Shown one piece after another: positions 38,959 to 48,937 of a stretch of DNA of 64,000 nucleotides (positions within the stretch are counted from its first letter, which is position 1; each line of letters starts with the position of its first letter). The notes below the pieces were generated by a model that saw only the letters and a program-made list of their open reading frames with translations, did no database searches and was not told where the DNA came from. This DNA comes from Candidatus Obscuribacteraceae bacterium (GTDB taxonomy: Bacteria; Cyanobacteriota; Vampirovibrionia; Obscuribacterales; Obscuribacteraceae): the NCBI GenBank assembly GCA_044226015.1, contig JBGAHS010000005.1, positions 448,001-512,000 on the forward strand, written 5' to 3'. A program made the position numbers and the translations under genes.

Positions 38959-40383
38959 ATGTCTAAACGCAATCCCTGGATTTACATTCCGACTCTGTAT
39001 TTTGCAGAAGGGCTTCCCTATACGGCAGTGATGCTGATGTCGGTGGTTTATTTTAAGGACATAGGCATCGACAACAAGCTGATTGGGCTTACTAGCGCCC
39101 TTCAGTTTCCCTGGATTTTTAAATTCGTTTGGGCGCCCTTAATCGATTTCTTCGGTTTCAAAAAGAAGTGGATTGTGGTGGCGCAGATGGTGCTTGGCGT
39201 GTTTTTCGCTTTGCTTGGCGCAACCACAATGGCACCAGACCCATTCAAAACAGGCGTCATCGTGATGGCTATTCTGGCGTTCGCTTCAGCCACTCATGAT
39301 GCTGCAATAGATGGTTATTATATGGAGGCTTTAGACAAGCCTAAGCAAGCACTGTTTGTCGGTGTTCGCAACACTGCTTTTCGTCTTTCGATGATTTTTG
39401 GAACCGGTGGCATGGTTTACTTGGCTGGGCATCTATCCAAGGAAATGGGCAAGAACATGGCATGGATGGTGGCATTTGAAATTATCGCTGCTGTTATGCT
39501 TCTTGCATTTGTTGTACACGCGCTCTATCTCCCTTCAAAGGAAACAAGGTCGCTTGAACCCGAGGAACTTACTGAAGCTGTTCCATCCAAAGCTGTAGCT
39601 CATGCTGTGGCTGGTGCCAGCTCCGCCGCGAGTGGCTCGACCGGCGGAGCTGACACTATAAGTGGTGCTTCTGGGCGCCCATCAATCTCTTCGGAAAACA
39701 ACGAATCCGACTCTGTCAGTGTCAGCAGCGACCCAGATTCGAAAAACTATTTCAAAGCAATCTTCTCTTACTTTGCACAGCCAGGCATCATAGCTATTGT
39801 CTGCTACATTTTGACATTCAGGCTTGGCGATGCTCTCGTTATGAAAATGATTCCGCCATTTCTTCAAGACCCTTCCGCAAAAGGTGGGCTGGGTCTATCT
39901 GTAGAAGAAGTAGGCACCATCTATGGCACAGTAGGTGTTGGTTTCTTGCTTCTTGGCGGAATTGTAGGCGGCTGGTTAGTCAGCAAATTCGGACTCAAGA
40001 AAACCTTCTGGCCGGCAACACTGGTCATGAATGGAACCATCCTTTTATATTGGGCGCTAGCGATGACACATCCTTCATCCCTCAGCTGGGTCTATGTTGT
40101 CAATTCGCTTGAACAATTCGGATACGGTTTTGGTATGGCAGCATACACAGTGTTCCTTCTATCGACTGTTGACGAAAAATATCGTTCTGCTCATTACGCT
40201 GTTGCTACGGCTATGATGGCGTTAGGACTGATGTTGCCGGGTATGGCAAGCGGTTACATTTACGAGGCCGTTGGTTACGCAAACTTCTTTCTTCTAAGCT
40301 TCGCCCTAACCTTACCTGGTATCATTTCTATCTGTTTTCTTCCTTTGTGGAAAAAAGATAGAACTCAGTTGGTGTCTACTTAA
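38959..40383 (+). CDS. ampG: AmpG-like MFS permease
   Basis: 'PTLYFAEGLPY', 'PWIFKFVWAPLID', 'SATHDAAIDGYY', 'AHYAVATAMMALG'. Confidence 0.82.
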   Translation: MSKRNPWIYIPTLYFAEGLPYTAVMLMSVVYFKDIGIDNKLIGLTSALQFPWIFKFVWAPLIDFFGFKKKWIVVAQMVLGVFFALLGATTMAPDPFKTGVIVMAILAFASATHDAAIDGYYMEALDKPKQALFVGVRNTAFRLSMIFGTGGMVYLAGHLSKEMGKNMAWMVAFEIIAAVMLLAFVVHALYLPSKETRSLEPEELTEAVPSKAVAHAVAGASSAASGSTGGADTISGASGRPSISSENNESDSVSVSSDPDSKNYFKAIFSYFAQPGIIAIVCYILTFRLGDALVMKMIPPFLQDPSAKGGLGLSVEEVGTIYGTVGVGFLLLGGIVGGWLVSKFGLKKTFWPATLVMNGTILLYWALAMTHPSSLSWVYVVNSLEQFGYGFGMAAYTVFLLSTVDEKYRSAHYAVATAMMALGLMLPGMASGYIYEAVGYANFFLLSFALTLPGIISICFLPLWKKDRTQLVST

Positions 40384-40394
40384 GAGGTTGCGAC

Positions 40395-41363
40395 GTGCGA
40401 TATCGAAGAATTGGCAAGTGGGGCGTCAAGGTTAGCGAAATAAGTATTGGAAGCTGGCTTACATACGGCGGTCACGTCGACGAGAACAACTCTGTAGAGC
40501 AGATTCAGTACGCCTACGACAATGGCATCAACTTCATCGATACTGCAAATGTGTATGCGCTAGGCAAGTCGGAAGAAGTAGTCGGAAAAGCAATCAGCAC
40601 CATTCGTCGAGATTCTCTGGTTCTGGCAACAAAAGTATTTTTTGAAATGGGCAATGGTCCAAATGACCGTGGGCTCTCTCGAAAACACGTGATGGAGCAG
40701 TGCCATGCCAGCCTTCGTCGCATGAAAACAGACTACATCGACCTCTACCAGTGTCATCGTTACGATCCCGGCACACCGATGGAAGAACTGGTTCTCACCA
40801 TGGACATTTTGACTCGCCAGGGCAAAATTCTCTATTGGGGAGTCAGCGAGTGGCCTGCTGACAAAATTATGGAAGCTGTGGAGATTTGCGAAAAGCTCAA
40901 CGCGCCGCCTCCTATATCGAATCAACCTTGCTACAACATGTTTGCAAGAAACATCGAGCCTGCAATCATTCCAGTGTCTGACAAGTTTGGAATAGGTCAG
41001 GTGGTCTATTCGCCGCTGGCGCAGGGCGCTTTGACAGGCAAGTATAAGCCCGGTCAACCGCACCCAGAGGGCAGCAGAGCTATGCGTGAAAAAGAAGGCT
41101 ACTGGTTGCGCGGCGATTTGTTATCGGATGAAACGCTTGAAAAGGTTCTTGCGCTGAGCAAAATCGCTGAAGAGCTGAATGTTTCAATGTCAATTCTTGC
41201 CCTTGCATGGTGTTTGCGCCTGCAAAGTGTCTCAAGTGTGATCATCGGCGCGACGAGTACCAAACAGATTGATGAAAACGTGAAAGCCAGTGGAGTTAAC
41301 ATTCCTCAGCCCATGCTCGAGAGAATTGAAAAGATTCTCAGCGGAGTACCTTTGCGGCAGTAA
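40395..41363 (+). CDS. Aldo/keto reductase (Kv-beta-like)
   Basis: 'GINFIDTANVY..GKSE', 'LATK', 'DYIDLYQCHR', 'YSPLAQGALTGKY'. Confidence 0.93.
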   Translation: MRYRRIGKWGVKVSEISIGSWLTYGGHVDENNSVEQIQYAYDNGINFIDTANVYALGKSEEVVGKAISTIRRDSLVLATKVFFEMGNGPNDRGLSRKHVMEQCHASLRRMKTDYIDLYQCHRYDPGTPMEELVLTMDILTRQGKILYWGVSEWPADKIMEAVEICEKLNAPPPISNQPCYNMFARNIEPAIIPVSDKFGIGQVVYSPLAQGALTGKYKPGQPHPEGSRAMREKEGYWLRGDLLSDETLEKVLALSKIAEELNVSMSILALAWCLRLQSVSSVIIGATSTKQIDENVKASGVNIPQPMLERIEKILSGVPLRQ

Positions 41364-41443
41364 TTGGGCACAAAAGGACGTTGCCCAAAGTCTGATCGTA
41401 TATCATTAGGTAAGGTACAGGTCTGACGACCGGGAGAACTTAT

Positions 41444-42340
41444 ATGTTCAAGACTCAGAGGGTAGCTCTGGCGTTTGTCGCCGCGCTTTCAATTCTTTTG
41501 CCTCTGGCAAACCAGGCATATGCTGGCAAAAACGAGGGCTCTAAAGTGGAAGCAACGGAGAAGAACACAGAATCTAACGGTCAAACAGCGCGTTTCGGGT
41601 CAATGCCTGCTACGACTAATACCGTGGTGGTGGTTTCGGAGAGTGCCCGGGTTGTGGTCAAACGAAGCGCTGACGCCAGTGAAATTGTTTTATCAAGTAA
41701 CTGTCCCAGAAACTGGGCGCTGAAAGGTAACCAGGTTAGGCAGGCAGGCTTTTCTGGTGAACCCAAGAAAGGTACTGCGTTATTAGCTGATGGATTGGGG
41801 AGTCGGGCGATCGCAGGCGGTAAGGTCTATGTGTTTCCGCCTGGACCAATGAAGGGACTGAGCATGGGTCCTGATGGCGTTAAGGTCGGCGGGCAGCCGA
41901 TTGAACCGCTTAAAGGTTCAGACATTCCCTGCAATTGCAGTGGCGATGATTTGCTTGAAATAACCGTTCCAACAACTTTTATTGGTGATTTGAAAATCGG
42001 CGGCGCCGGTAAGTCCAAAATCGAAGTGGACACTTGGAAAGAAGGCGGCTTCGAGTGCATGATGTTCGGCGAGACTTCGTTGCAGGCAGGCAAACTCGAG
42101 TCATCTAAACTTGCTTTCGACAACCGCGGCAAGGGCGGTGCGACCATAGGCGAAGTGGATGCCAAAGTTTTCGTTGCCAATGTTCAAGGCGAAAACGCTG
42201 GTTCTATCATTGTTAAGAAGGGAAAAGCTGAAATCAGCAATGCTACAGTGCAAGGCAATGGTACTATTGAACTCCACGGCGATTTCAAACAGCTGAAAAA
42301 AGCTGTGGATGGAACTGGAAAGATTGAGGTCAAACCATAG
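41444..42340 (+). CDS. Secreted protein with DUF2807/GIN-like beta-helix C-terminus
   Basis: Signal peptide; repeated 'G.G.I' beta motifs such as 'VQGNGTIEL.G' and 'VDGTGKIEV'. Confidence 0.65.
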   Translation: MFKTQRVALAFVAALSILLPLANQAYAGKNEGSKVEATEKNTESNGQTARFGSMPATTNTVVVVSESARVVVKRSADASEIVLSSNCPRNWALKGNQVRQAGFSGEPKKGTALLADGLGSRAIAGGKVYVFPPGPMKGLSMGPDGVKVGGQPIEPLKGSDIPCNCSGDDLLEITVPTTFIGDLKIGGAGKSKIEVDTWKEGGFECMMFGETSLQAGKLESSKLAFDNRGKGGATIGEVDAKVFVANVQGENAGSIIVKKGKAEISNATVQGNGTIELHGDFKQLKKAVDGTGKIEVKP

Positions 42341-43660
42341 ATGGTTTTTGTTAGCTTCCCGACAAAACGCGCTTTCTTAGCCTTGAGTGCGTCGCTCTCG
42401 CTATTGACTCCTGTACTTGCTGATGAAGCTGGCACTCCTGCAGAACAGCCGAAGGCAGAGACATCTACAGGCACCGGATCGACGGCTGAATCGGCTGTGG
42501 AAAAGCCAGCTAGTGGCGAAACAACAACCGAGCGAGTTGAGCCGAAGGTTGAAGCTAAGCCCGAGTCAGCAGCTGAAGCCAAAGCCGACCCGCATAAGTC
42601 TGCCGAGCTTGAGAAGGGAATTATTGAAGCTAATGCACGCACTCATGCCGTTGAGAAAAGGCCAGCAGCGCCACCGTCTCACCCGACTGCTCAACCAATG
42701 CGGCTCTATGGACGTATTGAAGAACTCTGTGCTGGCACTGGCGCAAAAATTCCATTGAAAATGGTTGCAATGCAGCCTGTGCGTGATACCAGTTATGATA
42801 CCAAGCTCAGTGCTAATGCCACCAAGTTGAATGCAGGTGCTTCTCAGCTGGTGCAGTCTTTTCCAATTGATTATAGAGGCACCTGGAGTGGAGAGTTAAC
42901 GCTGAACTCAGTCAACTTTGACCCCAGCTACTTTAGCTGGAGTCCTGAGGTCGCCAACAAAGAAGCGCGTATGATGCGCCCTGGCATGAAGGGGTCTTGC
43001 TCAATAACCTTCTATCAGGGGGCTAACAACAAGATTGCTGCTGAACCATCGCAGGTACTTTTCCAGGCGATGGACACTCTTGCTGGCTCTGGAGGTTTAG
43101 GTCAGTTAGGGGCGATGGCGAACAATCCTATGTTTGCTAACATGCAAAACATGCAGGTTCCTGTAACTCTGGCTCTCAAATTGGGCGCACCCGTGCAAGC
43201 TTTCGAGCATGGTGTCACTGGTGACCAGATGAGCAAAGAGGTCATGAAGAACACGCTTAAAGAACTTGGTCGAGGGTATCTTGAACAAGATGTCGTCACT
43301 AAAGATACTGATCGTAGCGCAGATGGAAGAGCTAAAGTCGGTTATTCAGAAAGTGTGCTTCGTTTTACTCGTTTGAACGATCAGCAACTGTATGTGCAGG
43401 CTGCCTATGTTTACTACAATACACAGGCAAAATTCCAGGCTAAGTATATTCTATATGGAACACTGAACCGCACCTATGGTCAAGCTCCTGCGACGACAAC
43501 AAACCCTTACGGTACTCGCACTATGCCCAACCCTTTCGGTGGCATGATGCCGGGAGCTGGCGGCATGGGCGGTATGGGTGGTGGCGCTGGTGGTGCTCAG
43601 AGCTTGCAAGACGCGGCTGGTGCTTTACAGAAGATGTTGCAACAAATGGGTGGAAGGTAA
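42341..43660 (+). CDS. Secreted hypothetical protein, paralog of 44269..45243
   Basis: Signal peptide 'PVLA'; shares several motif blocks with 44269..45243; Gly/Met-rich tail. Confidence 0.75.
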   Translation: MVFVSFPTKRAFLALSASLSLLTPVLADEAGTPAEQPKAETSTGTGSTAESAVEKPASGETTTERVEPKVEAKPESAAEAKADPHKSAELEKGIIEANARTHAVEKRPAAPPSHPTAQPMRLYGRIEELCAGTGAKIPLKMVAMQPVRDTSYDTKLSANATKLNAGASQLVQSFPIDYRGTWSGELTLNSVNFDPSYFSWSPEVANKEARMMRPGMKGSCSITFYQGANNKIAAEPSQVLFQAMDTLAGSGGLGQLGAMANNPMFANMQNMQVPVTLALKLGAPVQAFEHGVTGDQMSKEVMKNTLKELGRGYLEQDVVTKDTDRSADGRAKVGYSESVLRFTRLNDQQLYVQAAYVYYNTQAKFQAKYILYGTLNRTYGQAPATTTNPYGTRTMPNPFGGMMPGAGGMGGMGGGAGGAQSLQDAAGALQKMLQQMGGR

Positions 43661-43672
43661 CTGGTAGAGGTC

Positions 43673-44188
43673 ATGGAAAAAGATTTAGAAGAACTTGCCG
43701 AAGTTGTTGAAGATATGATTCTTCAGCTCAGTTATCCCGGATTTGAAGAGCGGTCGCTCAAGATTAGCCTGCCTGAGCAGGTGAATAAGTTTCACCCAAA
43801 AGTATATGCTCAGTCCTTGAAGCACGAAAACAAGCTTGTAAGGCTTGCTGGCTTGCGCTGGTTTCAAGAACATACTGGTATCGCGAAGTCACATCTGCGT
43901 CTTTTGGCTGAGTGCTTAAGTGATGGCGATGAATGGGTGCGCAAAGAGTGCGTTCATTGCCTCGAAAAGCTTGACGGGTTGCCAGAAAACCTTGTCGAAA
44001 AAGTTGCAGAGCTTTTGAAAGATGCAGACAAAGACGTGAGGAAGTCTACTGCTAAAGCGCTTGGTAAAATCGGCGGAAAGTCTCAAGTGGTTATTGATGC
44101 TCTGAATGTGGCTGCCGAAGACGCGGATCATGAAGTGCGTTGGAAGGCACAAAAAGCCTTGCGCAAACTTGGAGCCTACGTAGCCTGA
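43673..44188 (+). CDS. HEAT repeat protein
   Basis: 'LSDGDEWVR', 'LKDADKDVRKSTAKALGKIG', 'EDADHEVRWKA'. Confidence 0.88.
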   Translation: MEKDLEELAEVVEDMILQLSYPGFEERSLKISLPEQVNKFHPKVYAQSLKHENKLVRLAGLRWFQEHTGIAKSHLRLLAECLSDGDEWVRKECVHCLEKLDGLPENLVEKVAELLKDADKDVRKSTAKALGKIGGKSQVVIDALNVAAEDADHEVRWKAQKALRKLGAYVA

Positions 44189-44268
44189 GTGTGCTGATAA
44201 GTTAAAGCAGGCTGGAAGCCAGCGCTTCCAGGGCGCTGCAAAATGGGCAAACATGGTTTCCACAAGCA

Positions 44269-45243
44269 TTGAGCAGAGCAAAAATGGGCAAAGCAATGTG
44301 TGTGCAGTTGCAGAAACAAATTCTCGTTTTGCTCTTTTTGTTCGGGCTAGCTGCTATTGCATTATTTACCCATTCGGAAGTTCGGGTGCAGGCTCAAAAT
44401 GCTGGTTCTGCTTCTAATACAGATACTGGTACTGACACTCGGTCTAGTTCATCGGGATTCGATTCGTCGTCAACGCGATCCGGATTGCCGTCATCGGGAT
44501 CCGGCTCCTCTTCATCGGGATCCGGGTCTACTTCATCGGGATCTCTGAAGTTATTTGGTCGTATCGAGCAACTTCGTGAGGATACAGGCGCGAGCATCCC
44601 TCTAAAAATGCAATCTATGAGCCCGAGGCGAGATGCGTCGCTTGATGCCGGGACTAGCGAACCAAAAACAGCAAGCACAAGTTTTGATTCTATTGGTATA
44701 GATCTTCGAGGCAGCTGGTCCGGCGAACTCCAGATAGTTTCCTCCTCATTCGATGGCAGCTATTTCACTTTTGATCGTGTCGAAGCTGAGCGCGAGTCGG
44801 CACTCTTGAAGCCAGGCTCTCGAGGTTTTACAACAGTGACTTTCTATCGAGGAAAGGACAGTGCAACTCATATGGATCCCTGCAGAATTGTGTTCATAAC
44901 AAACCTGCCAGGTTACGGCGACTATACATATGCCCTTCATCTTGGTGATTTGAAAACTGGAACAGGTGTAACTGGAAACGAGTTAAAGAGTCAGCTAATG
45001 AAAAATTCTCTAAAGGAGTTGGCCCCTGGTGTAATTGAGCAGGAAATTGTGACTCGAGATTACGATAGAAACCCGAAGACAAATAAATCGAAAATGGGCT
45101 ACTCAGAATCGGTTTTGCGTTTTACTCGAATAGACCAAAAACATATTTATTTGCAAGCCGCTTCGGTGAGTTACGATAGTAAAGGCAAGTTTCAATACAA
45201 AGTGATGCTTGCTGGAAACATGTTTCGAGCTCGCGGTGATTGA
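44269..45243 (+). CDS. Secreted hypothetical protein, paralog of 42341..43660
   Basis: Signal or TM N-terminus, Ser/Gly linker, shared motifs. Start uncertain. Confidence 0.75.
   Translation: MSRAKMGKAMCVQLQKQILVLLFLFGLAAIALFTHSEVRVQAQNAGSASNTDTGTDTRSSSSGFDSSSTRSGLPSSGSGSSSSGSGSTSSGSLKLFGRIEQLREDTGASIPLKMQSMSPRRDASLDAGTSEPKTASTSFDSIGIDLRGSWSGELQIVSSSFDGSYFTFDRVEAERESALLKPGSRGFTTVTFYRGKDSATHMDPCRIVFITNLPGYGDYTYALHLGDLKTGTGVTGNELKSQLMKNSLKELAPGVIEQEIVTRDYDRNPKTNKSKMGYSESVLRFTRIDQKHIYLQAASVSYDSKGKFQYKVMLAGNMFRARGD
44491..44544 (+). repeat. 21-bp tandem repeat (about 2.5 copies) encoding an SSGSGSS linker
   Basis: TCATCGGGATC at 44491, 44512 and 44533. Confidence 0.8.
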
Positions 45244-45251
45244 TTGGGACC

Positions 45252-47144
45252 ATGCTTACTAAAATTGAGATAGGCAGCACCTTTGACAATAAGTACGAAA
45301 TCCTAGCGGAACTTGGTTCAGGAGCCAATGGGACAGTTTTTCTTGCAGAGGAGACTGCACTCAGTCGCAAAGTCGCAATAAAAGTATTGAATATTGGTGC
45401 AGCATCGGTGAGTCGCGCTCGCTTTGAGCGTGAAGCCAAGGCGCTCAATCAGCTGAACCATCCAAATATTATTCACGTTTATCGCTTTGCGTTTCTGGAA
45501 GAGAATCCATTCATGGTGATGGAACTCGCTGAAGGGATTTCACTGCGCAAGTTGATTGATAGAGAAAAGAATTTACCCTGCAATCTTGCAGTCGACATTG
45601 CTATTCAGGTCGCCAGGGCTCTTCAGGCTGCCCATCAGCATGGCATCATTCATCGTGACTTGAAGCCTGAGAATATAGTTTTCGATGAGCAAAGTAAAAG
45701 CGTTAAAGTGTTGGATTTTGGACTCTGCAAGCATGAAATGCTCTCTCCAAATCAACAAGCCTCTCTAACAGAGACAGGGCTAATTTTAGGTACGGTGCTT
45801 TATATGAGCCCCGAGCAGTGTATGGGGAAAGAGCTGGATGTAAGGACAGACATTTATTCCTTTGCTTGCATATTGTACGAGCTGATTACCGGAACTCCGC
45901 CATTCACGTCCGAGAATGTGGCAAGAGTTGGTTTGATGCATATAAGTGAGCCCTTTCCTAAACTGCGAGAATTGTCTCCCGCTTCCGGATTACCCGAAGA
46001 GCTAGAGCAATTCATCCTGAAATGCTGCCAGAAAGATAAATCAAGTCGCTATTCTAGTTTTGATGAAGTCATGGAAAGCCTTCAATCGATTAAGGAACTT
46101 AATTCAAAAGCCAGGTTCAATACCAGAGAAGCAAAATCTCCACTTATTTTTCGTTTAGTAAAACGCATTACGCCCAAAATGTATGGTGCTGCTGCTGCTG
46201 TTCTTGTGCTGGCAATGATCTCGCTGGCATCGTATCTGGTGCTCACAGATGAGGGCGTCGAGTTGTTGGCAGCAGAAGTACAAAATAGCTTAACAGCAAA
46301 CGATGCGATTCCCCTGTTAACAGAAGGCGTGCACAAGCTTGTGCGAAATAAGCGAAATGCACTAGCCTCTAAAGTTGTAGAGAAATCTATTCATTCTAAG
46401 ATATTTTCGAAGTGGCCCACACTAGACAAGGAGGGCTTGCTTGATGCCTATATCAAAGAATTTTTGTTGATAGAAGATGACGAAATGGTTTTGAATTTGC
46501 GATTGCAGGCTCTTGAGATTGCTATCGACGCGGCGCGCCGAAATGAAAAGGAATCAAAAGAGCAATTCGCCTATGCAACACAGATTTCGAAAGAGCTGCT
46601 TAAAACTGATAGCAACAAAGCAAAACAGTGGAAATCAATTTTAGCGGTGACACAAAAGCTCATAGGAACCTACGGTGTTTTTCGCAAAACAGGCTACCTT
46701 TACGAGATGGTTTTGCTTTCCGAAGCATTACTCAAGCTAGAGAAAGGTTTTAGTTATGACGGACTACATACTCTGGCAGAGCAATGTTATTTCACCGGCG
46801 AGTGTGCTTTCGAGGCATCAAATGATGAGTTATGCAAAAAATATTGTGACCATGCAGTTAGGGTTGGTCGAAAAATTGAGTTTTTGAATGTACTTGCAAG
46901 AACCCATGTTACCCTCGGAATGCTAGCTGTTAGGCTGAGAGACATAGATGAGGCTAAACGCCAGAGAGATCTTGCCATTGAGGCATCAAAAACCTTGTTG
47001 CTTTCTACCGCAAATACAAGAAGACAGCAGCGGCTTATAGAATCAATAAAACTTGGGCGCCCAATCACATCATCGGAATTTGAGCAAAAACACCCTTCTG
47101 AGCAACGAGCACCTAGCGTCTTTGCTCCTTTCTACAATAAATAG
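45252..47144 (+). CDS. Hanks-type Ser/Thr protein kinase with TM helix and helical (TPR-like) C-terminus
   Basis: 'LGSGANGTVF', 'VAIKVL', 'HRDLKPEN', 'DFG', 'YMSPEQ', 'DIYSF'; TM 'AAAAVLVLAMISLASYLVL'. Confidence 0.93.
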   Translation: MLTKIEIGSTFDNKYEILAELGSGANGTVFLAEETALSRKVAIKVLNIGAASVSRARFEREAKALNQLNHPNIIHVYRFAFLEENPFMVMELAEGISLRKLIDREKNLPCNLAVDIAIQVARALQAAHQHGIIHRDLKPENIVFDEQSKSVKVLDFGLCKHEMLSPNQQASLTETGLILGTVLYMSPEQCMGKELDVRTDIYSFACILYELITGTPPFTSENVARVGLMHISEPFPKLRELSPASGLPEELEQFILKCCQKDKSSRYSSFDEVMESLQSIKELNSKARFNTREAKSPLIFRLVKRITPKMYGAAAAVLVLAMISLASYLVLTDEGVELLAAEVQNSLTANDAIPLLTEGVHKLVRNKRNALASKVVEKSIHSKIFSKWPTLDKEGLLDAYIKEFLLIEDDEMVLNLRLQALEIAIDAARRNEKESKEQFAYATQISKELLKTDSNKAKQWKSILAVTQKLIGTYGVFRKTGYLYEMVLLSEALLKLEKGFSYDGLHTLAEQCYFTGECAFEASNDELCKKYCDHAVRVGRKIEFLNVLARTHVTLGMLAVRLRDIDEAKRQRDLAIEASKTLLLSTANTRRQQRLIESIKLGRPITSSEFEQKHPSEQRAPSVFAPFYNK

Positions 47145-47365
47145 ATGGCGTGCGGCGAATCAGGACAGAGAGAGCAGTAAGCAACCGACGCTTGGGGCGA
47201 TTATTTTCGTCCTGATTGGGAGAAACCGGGTGGCGCCAGACAGGAGATTCTGCGAGCCTTGTTGAGGCTTGGCTATTTCTCAGTTTACTAAGATAAGCAA
47301 ACAGAGTCTGAATTTCGGGGTGGCTCATTATCACTGCTCGGTGTCTTGTGCACCAGAGATTTGCT

Positions 47366-47941
47366 ATGAACAAGAAAAATGAATCTATAAAAGCTGCAGC
47401 ATTTCTAGCTATTGGAATTATGTTTGGCGTGTTGATTATGCTGAGCGCCCAATTTACTGGCTCTTCAGAGAAAGGAAGAGCCAATCAGTCATCGACAAAG
47501 ACAAACGAGGGTGCTGCTACGCAAAGCTCGACCGAACGCAATGCATCTGCAGAAGTTTCAGGCACTAATGGCGAGGGGCAAACTCAGACCGCCCAAGCTG
47601 TATCGCGTCCCAATATTGCAGGGTTGAAGCCTTGTCCTAATCCGCTTGATGTGGCGATGTCGCAATTAAATGCTCCTATGATGTATCAAGTGCAGGGTAA
47701 TCAATTGGTACCATTGCAAGAAGGTCAAACAATTACTGTGGCACCGGGTGATACCATGCCGTCTGTTTCCCCCGGCTATCAAGGCGCAGGAGACATCGTT
47801 CAAGCTGGACCATATCAACAAGTTTCTGGTCAGTATCATGCCCTTCCAGCTTTACCAGTTGGACGAAATGGACTGCTCGCTAACCCTTGTGTCGACCCTC
47901 CATCAGTTCATGGCATAGCTTACACAAGGCAATATCAGTAA
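47366..47941 (+). CDS. Membrane-anchored hypothetical protein
   Basis: N-terminal TM 'AAAFLAIGIMFGVLIML'. Confidence 0.6.
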   Translation: MNKKNESIKAAAFLAIGIMFGVLIMLSAQFTGSSEKGRANQSSTKTNEGAATQSSTERNASAEVSGTNGEGQTQTAQAVSRPNIAGLKPCPNPLDVAMSQLNAPMMYQVQGNQLVPLQEGQTITVAPGDTMPSVSPGYQGAGDIVQAGPYQQVSGQYHALPALPVGRNGLLANPCVDPPSVHGIAYTRQYQ

Positions 47942-48046
47942 TTTCGTGTTTCCTTTTTCTTCGTCGGCATTCTTTGCACCAACAGTCTTTATTTCTGCAA
48001 ACTGGACATGCTATAACTCTGAGTCATCGTATGCTGCGGAGCTTGC

Positions 48047-48937
48047 ATGGTCGAGAATAATTATTCTCAAGATAAACTTGATAAAGCGAACGTTTTTGCC
48101 GAACTAGCTAGAAGAGCTTGGGCTGGACGAGATTATGCAAAAGCACAAGAATATTATCTGCTGTCCTTGAAGTTGTTGGAGTCAGAATTTGGTTCCGACC
48201 AACTTGCTCTGGTGCCTGCCCTTCACGACCTTGGTTTACTTTCGCGAGTTCGTGTGCGTTATGACGAATCTGAAAAGTACTATATAAGAGCCTTGAAAAT
48301 TTGCGAGCTTAAACTCGGAGCTGAAGCCCTTGGAACTGCAACGCGATTGAATTATCTGGCTGGTTTGTATAACGCTCAAGCCGAATTCCAATCGGCTGAA
48401 CTTCTTTTGTTACGCTCCCTTTCAATTTATAAAGCTCAGCTTGGTGAGGCTAATCAACAGGTTGCATTGATATTGATGGCACTTGCAATTCTTGCAAAGC
48501 GACAGCTGAAAGAGGCTGATGCTAAGGCATATAGGGATCAAATGCACAAAATAAATGCTGAGTTAATGCGCATTGATGATGTAAAAGTCGCGCTTAGCAA
48601 GCTTGCTGACTTCTTTTACACTCAAGGGAGGCTAGATGATGCAGACCTGGTATTTCGCTATGGGCTCATTCTGGGTGAAGAACAAGAGTTTCCACAACAT
48701 CCTTTCGTTGCAGAATCTTTGCTGGGCTTAGCCAGGTTGTACGCTGACTATGAAGCCTGGCCGGAGTCTATCTCGCTTTATGAACGGTCAATAGATGCAT
48801 GGGATAAGTTAAGTGTTGGTGAAGGTTCAGAATTGAAAGCTGCTTTGCTTGAGTATGCTGCGCTCTTGCGTAAGCTGAAAAGAACAACAGAAGCGGATCT
48901 ACTTGATAAACGCGCAGAGCAGATCAAAGGAACTTAG
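48047..48937 (+). CDS. TPR protein (kinesin-light-chain-type repeats)
   Basis: 'TATRLNYLAGLYNAQAEFQSAELLLLRSL', 'HPFVAESLLGLARLY'. Confidence 0.88.
   Translation: MVENNYSQDKLDKANVFAELARRAWAGRDYAKAQEYYLLSLKLLESEFGSDQLALVPALHDLGLLSRVRVRYDESEKYYIRALKICELKLGAEALGTATRLNYLAGLYNAQAEFQSAELLLLRSLSIYKAQLGEANQQVALILMALAILAKRQLKEADAKAYRDQMHKINAELMRIDDVKVALSKLADFFYTQGRLDDADLVFRYGLILGEEQEFPQHPFVAESLLGLARLYADYEAWPESISLYERSIDAWDKLSVGEGSELKAALLEYAALLRKLKRTTEADLLDKRAEQIKGT

Noticed and set aside
42338..42343. In-frame TAG-ATG junction suggesting pyrrolysine or read-through
   Set aside because: The downstream ORF starts with its own signal peptide and the stop is not within a catalytic motif; no pyl genes seen.
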